A stretch of 35,734 bases of DNA from Acidimicrobiaceae bacterium (lineage in GTDB: Bacteria; Actinomycetota; Acidimicrobiia; Acidimicrobiales; Ilumatobacteraceae): NCBI GenBank assembly GCA_031380045.1, contig JANNFQ010000670.1, forward strand, positions 1-35,734. Reading direction: 5' to 3'. The translations under genes and the position numbers were made by a program. The notes beneath the pieces are model-generated. The model ran no database searches. It was not told where the DNA came from and saw only the letters and a list, made by a program, of their open reading frames with translations. Positions 16,291-25,402 of the stretch are shown piece after piece; positions within the stretch are counted from its first letter, which is position 1; every line of letters starts with the position of its first letter.

Positions 16291-16426
16291 CGTCGACACC
16301 CTTCTGTTCCGCGCTCACAAGCCCTGTTGGGCCGCGGATGATACGAGCGAGACCGACGATGCCGGTACTGGCGATGTGTGACAACCGTCACGTTGGCACG
16401 TAGGGACCCCCGATTGGGTGAAGAAG

Positions 16427-18025
16427 TCAGCCGCCGCGACGCGATTCAGCGCGACGCTCGGCTTCGAGACGCTCGAGTTCGGGGGCGGCGGTGGTCATGT
16501 GCGTCATCGCCTCGGCCACGGCACGGTGACCGGCCGTTTCGGCAATCTGCCGGTGCATCACGAGCGCCAACCGGCGATACGAGGGGTGTCCCTGGGCGCC
16601 AGACCGCAGTTCCAGCATGTGGATGGCCTCGCGGGCATTGAACTGCATGGAGTAGCGCAACCGATATGCCATCGAGACCGCATACCGGGCCTGTTCGGGG
16701 AACTCGTCCTTCAACGCGTCGTACAGCGCCGCCGACCGTGCCATTGCATCGTCGAACACGTCGGCCATACCCGACTCGTCGACCAGTTCTGGCCTGACGT
16801 AGCCGTGGTTGGGCGTCAGCGGCTGCCAGTCGAGGGTCAGCAGACGATGCCGCTGCATGTCGCGGAATGCGCCGTAGTCGGACAGCACGTCGAAGCGGTA
16901 GTCGACCCGTTCGAAGGCGCGGCCAGGCTTGTGTCGACGATTTTCGCGCTCGCCCACGTAGGCACGGATGAGCGCCAGTCGTTCGGCGGGCCCCATGGTG
17001 CGCACCCGGGCGATGATCTGATGTTCGGGCACGTTGGTGTACGGATAGCAGATGGCGGCGAGCAACTTGTCTTCGGCGTCGGGATCGAAGTCGATCAACT
17101 CCACCATGTCGGCCTGATCGACCGGTGTGTCGCCGAACATCGAGCGCACGAGTTCGCTGGAGCGCTCGCGGGTGTTCGACAGGTAGTTCACCCACCGACC
17201 GCCGCGATCGGCCAGGTCGATGCCCTTCAAGAAGCTGGGAATGACCTTGCGCAACTCGTGCAGCATGAGTTCGGCGTAGTGGCGAGCCTCGGGCAGCGGA
17301 TGGGCGCGCATGCGCAGCAGTAGCATCTGAAAAGCCTGACCGGTGCCGTAGATGCCCACGTTCGACATGGAGGCGGCCGGCAGCACGCCACGCACTGCAT
17401 CCAGCGCCTTGGCACGCGTGGCCTGACGGTAGACGAAGTCGGAATCGGCAGGATCGCGCTGCACCGTGGCCCGCACGTGGTCGGTCACCTTGCCCAGCAG
17501 CAGGCTGTAGGCATCGAACATGCGGTCCATGTCGCCCACGTAACGCGTGCCGAACCGGCTGGACAGCAATGCCGGGTCGCGGAAGTACCGATATCGCCCA
17601 CCCAGGCGGGCGTCGTAACTGATGTACCGGGTGCTCTGTTCGAGGTAGCTCATCAGCCGCCCCCACTCGAGCACCTTGGTCAAGATGTTGGATGCTTGCT
17701 CGCAGGCCAGATGCACACCGCCGAGTTGAGCGACCGAGTCGTCGCCGTACTCGAAGAAGACCTTCTCGTACAGTTCCTCGGCACGCTCGAGGCCCATGGT
17801 GGCGTCGACCGTCTGATCGCCGGCGATGTCCAGATCGCCCACGAACTCGTCCAGGAACAGCCTGCGCAGGCTTTTCGGGCTGCGGCTGTAACGGGCGAAC
17901 AGCGCACCCTTCACCACCTCTGGCAGGTTGACGAGCGCGAAAACTGGCCCGTCGAGATTGGTGAAGTAGCGCCGGAGGACATCGGCCTCGCTGTCGGTGA
18001 ACTCCTCGGGGACGTAGACCGTCAC
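16427..18025 (-). CDS. thyX: FAD-dependent thymidylate synthase, long two-domain form
   Basis: About 532 aa from the GTG at 18025. ThyX-like elements are split between the halves (ALFARYSRSPKS in the N-terminal half, FRDMQRHRLLT in the C-terminal half). The track ORF extends upstream into the M20 gene. Confidence 0.75.
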   Translation of the reverse strand: MTVYVPEEFTDSEADVLRRYFTNLDGPVFALVNLPEVVKGALFARYSRSPKSLRRLFLDEFVGDLDIAGDQTVDATMGLERAEELYEKVFFEYGDDSVAQLGGVHLACEQASNILTKVLEWGRLMSYLEQSTRYISYDARLGGRYRYFRDPALLSSRFGTRYVGDMDRMFDAYSLLLGKVTDHVRATVQRDPADSDFVYRQATRAKALDAVRGVLPAASMSNVGIYGTGQAFQMLLLRMRAHPLPEARHYAELMLHELRKVIPSFLKGIDLADRGGRWVNYLSNTRERSSELVRSMFGDTPVDQADMVELIDFDPDAEDKLLAAICYPYTNVPEHQIIARVRTMGPAERLALIRAYVGERENRRHKPGRAFERVDYRFDVLSDYGAFRDMQRHRLLTLDWQPLTPNHGYVRPELVDESGMADVFDDAMARSAALYDALKDEFPEQARYAVSMAYRLRYSMQFNAREAIHMLELRSGAQGHPSYRRLALVMHRQIAETAGHRAVAEAMTHMTTAAPELERLEAERRAESRRGG

Positions 18026-18033
18026 AACACGAG

Positions 18034-18039
18034 AGCCTA
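18034..18039 (-). promoter_or_regulatory. Candidate -10 (TAGGCT) 8 nt upstream of the GTG at 18025
   Basis: Minus-strand reading of agccta. Confidence 0.25.
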
Positions 18040-18084
18040 TGCCCTCGGGTGTCGTTGGGCCGGGATCATGAACGTGACGGTCGC

Positions 18085-19296
18085 CTACACGACGTCGGCC
18101 GAGGCGGGACGCTGCTGCCATTCGGCAGTGATCGCGGTGCGTAGTGCGGCGTCGGTCCACAGGTCGATCACGGTCATCGCCATCGCCTTGGCCCCGTCCA
18201 GCACCGCAAGGTCGCCACTGTCGCTGCGCGCCCATTCAGCGAACTCCGGCGTGTGGATGGGCACACCGTCGGGGGCCACCTTGATCATCGGGTGGATCGA
18301 CGGGACGAGGTAGCTGATGTTGCCCATGTCGGTCGAGCCCACGACGGCGCGACCCACCACACGTGGGTCGTCAACAGTGCGCCCGAGGCGTGCCGCGTTG
18401 TGGACGTACGACTGCACCATCGGCCCATTGTCGATCATGTCGGCATACGTGACGCCCTGCCACCGAATCGAACACGTACAGCCCGTGGCCATGGCCGACG
18501 CGTCGAGGCACGCCACCACACGCTCTTTCAGCGGTTGCAGCGACGCCACCGTGGGCGAGCGCACCATCCAGGTCATCGTGGTCTGGGCGGGCACGATGTT
18601 GGCTTTGTCGCCGGCCTTGGTGAAGATGCCATGGAGACGTTCCGTGGGCAGAATGTGCTGGCGCAGCGTGGCCACGTTCATGTAGCCCAGCACGGCCGCG
18701 TCCAGGGCATTGCGGCCCTCGTGCGGTGCGGCAGCAGCGTGGGCAGCCTTACCGTCGTACTGCACGTACATCTCCTGGATGGCGATGCAGTTCATCCGCA
18801 CCAGATCAGCGTCGGCCGGGTGCACCATCATCGCTGCGGTCAGGCCTTGGAACGCACCATTGCGGGCCATCTCGATCTTGCCGCCGCCGCCCTCATCGGC
18901 CGGCGTACCCATGATCCTGATCTGGCCGCCGACCTCGTCGGCCAACACCGCCGCGGCCAACCCGGCGCCCAGCCCGGCGGTTGCGATCACGTTGTGACCG
19001 CATGCGTGGCCGATGCCCGGCAGGGCGGCGTATTCGCACAGCACGGCGATGTCGGGGCCCGCGGACCCTGCCCGAGCCTCGAAGGCGGTACCGACGCCGT
19101 ACGCGTGGCGTTGCGGAGCCAGGCCGACGTCGTCGAGGATGCCCGTCAGCAGATCGTGGGCGAACACCTCTTCGAAGTTGAGTTCGGGATGGGCATGGAT
19201 CTGATGACTGGCATCGATCAGTCGATCGGCAAGGCGGTCGACCTCATCGCACACCCGGCGCTTCAGATCGTCGATGTCGTCGCGCCGGTCGGTCAT
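18085..19296 (-). CDS. M20 family amidohydrolase/peptidase (M20D-like)
   Basis: HAHPELNFEE, GHACGHN, and a dimerisation-domain insert pattern. The start overlaps the dehydrogenase stop (ATGA). Confidence 0.82.
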   Translation of the reverse strand: MTDRRDDIDDLKRRVCDEVDRLADRLIDASHQIHAHPELNFEEVFAHDLLTGILDDVGLAPQRHAYGVGTAFEARAGSAGPDIAVLCEYAALPGIGHACGHNVIATAGLGAGLAAAVLADEVGGQIRIMGTPADEGGGGKIEMARNGAFQGLTAAMMVHPADADLVRMNCIAIQEMYVQYDGKAAHAAAAPHEGRNALDAAVLGYMNVATLRQHILPTERLHGIFTKAGDKANIVPAQTTMTWMVRSPTVASLQPLKERVVACLDASAMATGCTCSIRWQGVTYADMIDNGPMVQSYVHNAARLGRTVDDPRVVGRAVVGSTDMGNISYLVPSIHPMIKVAPDGVPIHTPEFAEWARSDSGDLAVLDGAKAMAMTVIDLWTDAALRTAITAEWQQRPASADVV

Positions 19297-20294
19297 TCGT
19301 CGCCGCCCTGTGGGTGGGTCAACACGATCTTGCCCAACTGCTCGCCCTGCGTCAGTCGTTCCAGCGCCTGGTCATACTGGTCCAGCGGATACGTGCGGTC
19401 GATGTGCACGGGCACGCCAGCGTCGATCAGGCGAGTCACTTCGGCGAACTCTTCGTAGCTGCCCATGGACGAGCCGATCATCTCGTGCTGCTTGAAGAAC
19501 AGGCGAGGCAGGTTGATCTCGACCTTCGGTCCGCTGGTGCCGCCACACACCACCAGGCGACCGCCTGGCTTCAGCGAGCGGACCGATTGGTCCCAGGTGG
19601 CCGGGCCCACGCTCTCGATGACGACGTCGGCCTGCACCGGCCACTTCGCGTCGGCCGAGTCGAAGGCCGCGTCGGCACCCATGGACAACGCCTCGTTCCG
19701 CTTGGCCTCGCTGCGACTGGTGACCACGACGTTGGCGCCCATGTGCCGGCCGAGGGCCAGCGCCGCCGTGGACACTCCCCCGCCGATGCCGACCACCAGC
19801 ACGGTCTGGCCCGGCCGCAACCGTCCGCGACGCAGCATGCGGTACGCCGTGAGGTACGCCAGCGGGTAGGCCGCCGACTCTTCCCACGAACGGTTCGCCG
19901 GACGGGCGTACACGTTGCGGCTGGGTGCGATCGCGAAGGTGGCGTGGCCACCCCAGCAGTGCTCGCCGTAGATCATGAAGCCGTCGCCCATCGGGCTGTC
20001 GTTGCCCAGCGCGACGATGTCTTCGATGGGTGACACGCCTGGGTTGACGACCACCTCGTCGCCGACCGCCACGCGGGTGACCCCGCTGCCGATGGCCTCG
20101 ACGACACCGGCCACGTCACAACCCGGAACGTGAGGCAGCGGCGGCTTCGGCAGGCCCTTGGTGACCCACAGGTCCATGTGGTTCAGCGCACTGGCACGCA
20201 CCCGTATCTGCACGTCGTCGGCCCCCAGCGACGGCAGGTCGATCTGACCGAGTCGGTACTGTCCGGGGGCTTCGTCGAGGATCCATGAGCGCAT
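19293..20294 (-). CDS. Zinc-type alcohol dehydrogenase / quinone oxidoreductase (MDR family)
   Basis: Starts at the internal ATG at 20294 (MRSWILDEAPGQ...). PGCDVAGVV and the Rossmann motif VLVVGIGGGVS are present. Confidence 0.82.
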   Translation of the reverse strand: MRSWILDEAPGQYRLGQIDLPSLGADDVQIRVRASALNHMDLWVTKGLPKPPLPHVPGCDVAGVVEAIGSGVTRVAVGDEVVVNPGVSPIEDIVALGNDSPMGDGFMIYGEHCWGGHATFAIAPSRNVYARPANRSWEESAAYPLAYLTAYRMLRRGRLRPGQTVLVVGIGGGVSTAALALGRHMGANVVVTSRSEAKRNEALSMGADAAFDSADAKWPVQADVVIESVGPATWDQSVRSLKPGGRLVVCGGTSGPKVEINLPRLFFKQHEMIGSSMGSYEEFAEVTRLIDAGVPVHIDRTYPLDQYDQALERLTQGEQLGKIVLTHPQGGDE

Positions 20295-20301
20295 GCCGGC
20301 G

Positions 20302-20307
20302 ACCCTA
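20302..20307 (-). promoter_or_regulatory. Candidate -10 (TAGGGT) 7 nt upstream of the ATG at 20294
   Basis: Minus-strand reading of acccta. The same hexamer precedes dop, pafA and the 29318 gene. Confidence 0.35.
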
Positions 20308-20348
20308 ATGCCGTGGCCGTGCGGGTGGCCTGGCGAGATGATCATCCT

Positions 20349-20376
20349 CACCATCACGGCCCCACCATCACGGCCC
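20349..20376. repeat. Perfect 14-bp tandem repeat x2 (caccatcacggccc)
   Basis: Copies at 20349-20362 and 20363-20376, in the 88-bp gap between the 20383 stop and the 20294 start. Confidence 0.9.
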
Positions 20377-20382
20377 AGCCGC

Positions 20383-20997
20383 TCACACACACACCAGCAG
20401 GGCGTCGGGTTCCACCGTCAACTCCAGGCCAGACGCCGTGGTCCACACCTGTCCGTCCAGCCACACCTTCATCGGTCGGGCGAACTGCAGGTTTGCGGTG
20501 TTGGTCGATCTGATCTGAATGTCGGGATGTGGCACGTGCGCCGCTTGCACGGCGCGTGACCGGGCACGCCACCGGTCGCGCAGCGACATCTCTGGCGAGA
20601 CGCGCACGATGTCGACCCGGCCGTCGTTCGGGTGCGACCGGGGCGCGACGTCCCACCGACCGAAGTGCTGTGCATTCATTGCCGCCACCAGTTCGCCTCG
20701 CCACCACGATCGTCGCGCGACCAGGTGGGCCGCGAACCAGCGGTGCTCGGCGTCGATCGTCGCTCTGACGATGTCGACCGGCAGCAGGGCCACCTCCCCG
20801 TTCAATCGGCTCTCTTCGCCGGTGCCGCCGACGGCTCGCATCAGATCGCCGCCCAGCAACGCCACCGGCGGCAACGGGGCATGTGCACTGCGATGGCGTT
20901 GGAGCAGCGCGGCCAGTTCGACGTTCGTGTGCACGTGTACGGTGCCGGCAGGCGCCCGGCCGACGGTGCCCCATGGTTCGCCGCGTCGAATGGTCAT
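20383..20997 (-). CDS. Hypothetical protein resembling only the C-terminal beta-sandwich part of DAGK/YegS-type lipid kinases
   Basis: ATG at 20997, 10 nt after the helY stop. WDVAPRSHPNDGRVDIV and VWLDGQ recall the (A/D)P..DG.LDV and DGE segments. No GGDG-type catalytic N-domain was seen. Confidence 0.45.
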   Translation of the reverse strand: MTIRRGEPWGTVGRAPAGTVHVHTNVELAALLQRHRSAHAPLPPVALLGGDLMRAVGGTGEESRLNGEVALLPVDIVRATIDAEHRWFAAHLVARRSWWRGELVAAMNAQHFGRWDVAPRSHPNDGRVDIVRVSPEMSLRDRWRARSRAVQAAHVPHPDIQIRSTNTANLQFARPMKVWLDGQVWTTASGLELTVEPDALLVCV

Positions 20998-21007
20998 CGG
21001 CGATGCG

Positions 21008-23749
21008 TCACTCGGGGCCGAGGTGGGTCTGCTGATTGGCGGAACCCTCACCCTCGACTTGTACTTCAGGTTGAGGCTCTGTCAAGGGTTCGGCCTCTGA
21101 GACTCCGACGTCGGGTGTGTCGACCTCCACCGTGCTTGACGCTGCGACCACGCCGCGGAACAGACGCTCGGCGGCTTGTTCGGCGCAGCGACGTGTGTCG
21201 CGGTTCGGAGCGACCAAAGCGAGTTGCCGTAACACGTCGATGAGTTGCTTCGTGGTCCTGACGAAGTCGCCGCCCGACAGCTCTTCTGCCTCCACCACTT
21301 CGGCGAACCCCTCGCCCGCCGCCCACGCAAAGGCGACAGCCATGAAGGTCGGGTCGGGCGCTCGATGCATGCCCAAGCCGGCTTCGTCCTCGATGCCCTG
21401 CAGTTCGGCGCTGATCGCAGCGATGCGCATCCAACGCTTCTTGGCGACCGGGGTCGGGAACCACGGCGCAGGCGGCGGTTCCGCCGTGCGGTGCTCGTAG
21501 ACGAAGACCGAAATCAACCCGGCCAGCACGGCAGGCTCGAGGTCGTCGAAGATGCCCTGACGCAGGCACTCCACGATCAACAGATCGCATTCGTGGAAGG
21601 TGCGCGCCAAGATGTCGCCGATGTCGGTCAGCGACCAGCCGTCCACGTAGCCCCAGCTGTCGAGGATGCGCAAGACGCGGTCGAAGTCACGCGAGATGGA
21701 CTGGCTGCGGCCGCGCATCCGCTGGCGCAATTCATCCACCTCGCGGGCGACGCGGTCAGCCTGAGCCGCGGCCTTCAGCCGATCGGGCAGATCTGGATCG
21801 TTTTCGACCGGATGATCGTCCAGCGCCACCCGGGCTGCCTCGACGCTGGGGCGGCGTTTGCGTGAGTGTGGCTGCAGCTGTGCCCGCTCGAGACGGCTGG
21901 CCACCTCGCGCTGGTAGTCGTGACGGTGGGGCGCGAACTCGGTGGGCAGCGTGATCCGGCCCAGTGCGGCCGGCGGCTCGTGGAAGTCCACCGCCGACAG
22001 TTGGATGGAATCGCGCCGTGTGGTGATGCCACTGACACGCATGCCGCCCTTGCGATGCGCCGACGTCAGCACGGCCACCCGACCTACGTATCGACCCTTC
22101 TCGACATGCACGATGTCACCCGGCCGCAACTTCATCAGCGCCAGGTCCACGGGGTCGTCGCGACCGATCGTTGCCGGGCGGCCGGCCGGCGGCGTCTCGA
22201 TCTCTTTCACGAGGCGGCGATACTCGTCGATGTCGCCGTACGGACTGGTCGCGTCGACGGTCAGCTCGCGCAGGTGTTGCTGACGACGCTCGATGCGGGC
22301 CTCGATCTTCACTACGTCGCGGTCGGCCTGGTACTGGGCGAACGACAGGTTCAGCAGATGGTGGGCCTGCTCGCTGGAGTACGAGTGCACCAGGTTCGCG
22401 GCCATGTTGTACGTGGGTCTGAATGCCGAGTTCAGGTGGAATGATCGGCTGGACGCCAGTGCGGCCACCTGATCGAACGGTACGAACGGGCTCCACAGCA
22501 CCATCGCATTGCCCAGTTCATCGATGCCGCGCCGCCCGGCGCGTCCGGTCAGTTGCGTGTACTCCCCCGGCGTGAGGAATGCATGGTGGTCGCCGGTGAA
22601 CTTCGTCAGCTTCTCGATGACCACACACTTCGCCGGCATGTTGATGCCGACCGCCAGCGTCTCGGTGGCGAACACCACCTTCACCAACCCCTCCACGAAG
22701 CACGCCTTGACCACTTCTTTGAACGGCGGCACCATGCCCGCATGGTGTGCGGCGATGCCGGCTTCGAGTTGCGCCAGGAACTGGCTGTAGCCCAATACGG
22801 CCAGATCGGCCGGCTCCATGCTGGAGAGGCGGGCATCGATGATCTCGCGGATGCGGTCGCGTTCGTCGCCGGTGGTCAGTCGGGCACCACTGGCCAGCAC
22901 GCTGCGCGCCGCCTCGTCGCATTGGTTGCGGCTGAAGATGAAGCAGATGGCGGGCAGCATCTGTTCGCGTTCGAGTACCTCGACCACGTCCAGGCGCGAC
23001 GGCGTGTACAGCCGGCGGCGCCCCACCGTGGCCTTGCGTTGGCGTCCGCGTTGCGCCCGTGCGGCTTCGGCGTCGATGCGCATCGCGTCGTTGTTCGGCC
23101 GGCCGCCCACCAGAACCGGCAGCAGGTGCATGCGCTCGTGCGTGCGGTCGCCGACCAGATACAGGTTCTCCAGACGCACGGGACGCCGTTCCTCGACCAC
23201 TGCCGTGGTGGGTCCACGCACGGTCGAGATCCAGTCGCACAACTCCTGGGCGTTGCTGACGGTGGCCGACAGGCACACCAACCGCACCGAGGTGGGCAAG
23301 TGAATGATGACTTCCTCCCACACCGGTCCGCGATATGCGTCCTGCAAGAAGTGCACCTCGTCCAACACGACCACGTCCAGCAGATCCAACGCCGAACTGC
23401 GCGCATAGATCATGTTGCGAAGCACTTCCGTGGTCATCACCACCATCGGTGCATCGCCGTTGATCGCGTTGTCGCCTGTCAGCAACCCCACTTGGTCGGC
23501 GCCGTAGCGGGCAACCAGGTCGTGGTACTTCTGGTTCGACAAGGCCTTGATGGGTGCGGTGTAGAACGCTCGGCGACCGGTGCGGCGCGCCACTTCGATG
23601 GCGTACTCGGCCACGACGGTCTTGCCGCTGCCCGTCGGCGCGGCGACCAGCACCGAGTTGCCGTCGTCCAGAGCGTCGAAGGCCCGCAGCTGGAACCCGT
23701 CCAACGGGAATGCGTAGTGGCCGATCAGTTCGGCTCGGTCGGCGCGCAC
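21008..23749 (-). CDS. helY: Ski2-like DEAD/DEAH-box helicase HelY
   Basis: 913 aa. AAPTGSGKT, DEVH, SAT, downstream Ski2-type arch and DSHCT-like C-terminus. It sits in the classical position next to tatC. Confidence 0.9.
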   Translation of the reverse strand: MRADRAELIGHYAFPLDGFQLRAFDALDDGNSVLVAAPTGSGKTVVAEYAIEVARRTGRRAFYTAPIKALSNQKYHDLVARYGADQVGLLTGDNAINGDAPMVVMTTEVLRNMIYARSSALDLLDVVVLDEVHFLQDAYRGPVWEEVIIHLPTSVRLVCLSATVSNAQELCDWISTVRGPTTAVVEERRPVRLENLYLVGDRTHERMHLLPVLVGGRPNNDAMRIDAEAARAQRGRQRKATVGRRRLYTPSRLDVVEVLEREQMLPAICFIFSRNQCDEAARSVLASGARLTTGDERDRIREIIDARLSSMEPADLAVLGYSQFLAQLEAGIAAHHAGMVPPFKEVVKACFVEGLVKVVFATETLAVGINMPAKCVVIEKLTKFTGDHHAFLTPGEYTQLTGRAGRRGIDELGNAMVLWSPFVPFDQVAALASSRSFHLNSAFRPTYNMAANLVHSYSSEQAHHLLNLSFAQYQADRDVVKIEARIERRQQHLRELTVDATSPYGDIDEYRRLVKEIETPPAGRPATIGRDDPVDLALMKLRPGDIVHVEKGRYVGRVAVLTSAHRKGGMRVSGITTRRDSIQLSAVDFHEPPAALGRITLPTEFAPHRHDYQREVASRLERAQLQPHSRKRRPSVEAARVALDDHPVENDPDLPDRLKAAAQADRVAREVDELRQRMRGRSQSISRDFDRVLRILDSWGYVDGWSLTDIGDILARTFHECDLLIVECLRQGIFDDLEPAVLAGLISVFVYEHRTAEPPPAPWFPTPVAKKRWMRIAAISAELQGIEDEAGLGMHRAPDPTFMAVAFAWAAGEGFAEVVEAEELSGGDFVRTTKQLIDVLRQLALVAPNRDTRRCAEQAAERLFRGVVAASSTVEVDTPDVGVSEAEPLTEPQPEVQVEGEGSANQQTHLGPE

Positions 23750-23761
23750 GGCCCGACCGAA

Positions 23762-24568
23762 TCAGGCTCCGGCGGCGTTGGCGCGACGTCGCCGTTGGAC
23801 CAGATAGCCGATCAAGATCGAGATCATGTAGAACAGGCTCATCGGCAGGGCCAATGCCAGCATGCTGTATGGGTCTCCACTGGGCGTGATGACTGCGGCG
23901 ATCACGAAGATGGCCATGATCGCGTAACGCCAACCCTTCAACAGCGTCTGCGGCGTGATGATGCCGATCAGTTGCAGCGCCACCAGCAGCACAGGGAACT
24001 CGAAGGCGATGCCGAATGCAGCCACCATCAGTCCCACCAGGCGGATGTACTCGCTGACGCGGAAGGTGCTCTGCACGTCTGAGCCTGCCCAGGTGATGAG
24101 GAACTCGAGCGCCTTCTCGAGCGTCCAGTAGGCCAGGTATGCGCCCAACGCGAACAGTGCGACCGAACTGGCCACAAACGGAATGGCGTACTTCTTTTCC
24201 TTGGCATGAAGCGCCGGCACGATGAAGCGCCAGATCTGCCACATCAGTACCGGCAGCGCCAAGATGATGCCGCCGTACGTCGAGATCGACAGCCGGGTCG
24301 CGAAGCCTTCGAGTGGCGAGATCGAGATCACGTTGCCACCACTGAGCTCGCACAGGTTGGGTCGCTGTTCGCACAGCGAGCGATACGGCTGGAGCAGGAA
24401 GTCGAGCACCCAGTCGTACGCCGCGAGGATGACGATGATGCCGAGCACCACGGCCAACATCGATCGGATGATGCGCGATCGCAGCTCGCGCAGATGCTCG
24501 GTGAGCGTCATTCGATCTTCGGGGCTGGTGAGCTTGGGTTTGCCACTGCCTCGGAACGGCAGCTTCAT
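23762..24568 (-). CDS. tatC: Twin-arginine translocase subunit TatC
   Basis: LTEHLRELRSRIIRS followed by multiple TM segments. The ATG at 24568 overlaps the upstream stop (ATGA). The alternative start at 24511 is not excluded. Confidence 0.9.
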   Translation of the reverse strand: MKLPFRGSGKPKLTSPEDRMTLTEHLRELRSRIIRSMLAVVLGIIVILAAYDWVLDFLLQPYRSLCEQRPNLCELSGGNVISISPLEGFATRLSISTYGGIILALPVLMWQIWRFIVPALHAKEKKYAIPFVASSVALFALGAYLAYWTLEKALEFLITWAGSDVQSTFRVSEYIRLVGLMVAAFGIAFEFPVLLVALQLIGIITPQTLLKGWRYAIMAIFVIAAVITPSGDPYSMLALALPMSLFYMISILIGYLVQRRRRANAAGA

Positions 24569-25296
24569 TCGGATGCCGGTCCCTGCTGGTCGTTGGCGAC
24601 CGGTGCACGCGGCGCCAGCGGCGGGGCGCTGCCGCCAACATCGGTGTCGGTAGCCGGCTCGCTGGCGGATTCTCCAGCGGGTTTCGTGGCACGTCGAAAC
24701 GAGGCCGCCGAGTTCTTGGAAGGGGTGCGTCGGGTCATTGGCGCGGCGATCGGCGGCGACTCGGGCACCGACTCGGGCCGTGGCGGCGTGATGCGCCTCG
24801 GCGTCAGATGCTGCACCGGCGCGTCATCACCGACTGGTGCGTCCAGATCGGCCGTGGCTGGAGTCTCGACGGCTGGAGTCTCGACGGCTGGAGTCGCGAC
24901 GGCTGGAGTCGCGTCCTCGGGTGTCGCGGCTGCTTCGGCGTCGGGTGTCGCGGCTGCCATGGCGTTGAAGTCGGGAACCGGCAAGTCCTGGATGGGCGGT
25001 GCCGCCCCAGGTGGAGGCGTGCCGCGAGTATCGCCTGTGAGGGGCTTTGCCGGTTCGGGCTCGGCATCGAAGTCGAAGCTGGCCGCCTTCTTGAACGCAT
25101 CGGCCGTCTCGCGCATCTCGCGCATCGGCTCGTCGAGGGCAGTCTTCAGCTCACTCTGGAAACCGCTGGTCATCTTCTTGATCTCGCCGTACGTCTTGCC
25201 GAACTTGCGAACAGCTTCTGGCAGCTTCTCGGGGCCTAGCACGATCAGTGCCAACAGGAGCAGGAAGACGATCTCGCTGCCGCTGAAGTTGAACAC
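24565..25296 (-). CDS. tatB: TatA/B-family translocase component, TatB-like, with a long Pro/Ala/Thr-rich tail
   Basis: GTG at 25296 (VFNFSGSEIVFLLLLALIVLGPEKLPEAVRKFGKTYGEIKK). The GPEKLP motif is TatB-like rather than the TatA G-x-KKLP. Confidence 0.7.
   Translation of the reverse strand: MFNFSGSEIVFLLLLALIVLGPEKLPEAVRKFGKTYGEIKKMTSGFQSELKTALDEPMREMRETADAFKKAASFDFDAEPEPAKPLTGDTRGTPPPGAAPPIQDLPVPDFNAMAAATPDAEAAATPEDATPAVATPAVETPAVETPATADLDAPVGDDAPVQHLTPRRITPPRPESVPESPPIAAPMTRRTPSKNSAASFRRATKPAGESASEPATDTDVGGSAPPLAPRAPVANDQQGPASE
24856..24915. repeat. 15-nt tandem repeat x4 (ggctggagtc[tg]cg[at]c), in-frame in the tatB-like tail
   Basis: Read directly. It encodes TPAVATPAVETPAVETPA on the minus strand. 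Confidence 0.9.
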
Positions 25297-25303
25297 GGGC
25301 GGC

Positions 25304-25309
25304 AGTCTA
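25304..25309 (-). promoter_or_regulatory. Candidate -10 (TAGACT) 7 nt upstream of the GTG at 25296
   Basis: Minus-strand reading of agtcta. No SD is visible, which fits a leaderless start. Confidence 0.3.
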
Positions 25310-25402
25310 GAAGACCGAGGCTCGCGTTCCGCAGCGTCGGACGGCACGCGAAACCTCGCTGTGGATGGCAAGATCCACGCTGTGCAGCAGCGACTCCCCT
25401 CG

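Noticed and set aside
16291-16426. 136-bp gap between thyX and DUF4193 checked for a tRNA, a small RNA or a strong terminator
   Set aside because: It has no tRNA-like T-arm or anticodon structure. I found only a weak 5-bp hairpin (GTGAC-ggtt-GTCAC on the minus strand, 16378-16391) and a possible TATCAT -10. That is not enough to call a feature.
22518-24692. 724-aa minus-strand ORF spanning the helY 5' half, tatC and the tatB-like 3' end in another frame
   Set aside because: It crosses three genes that have clear motifs in their own frames. Its composition is the Arg/Pro/Gly-rich shadow type.
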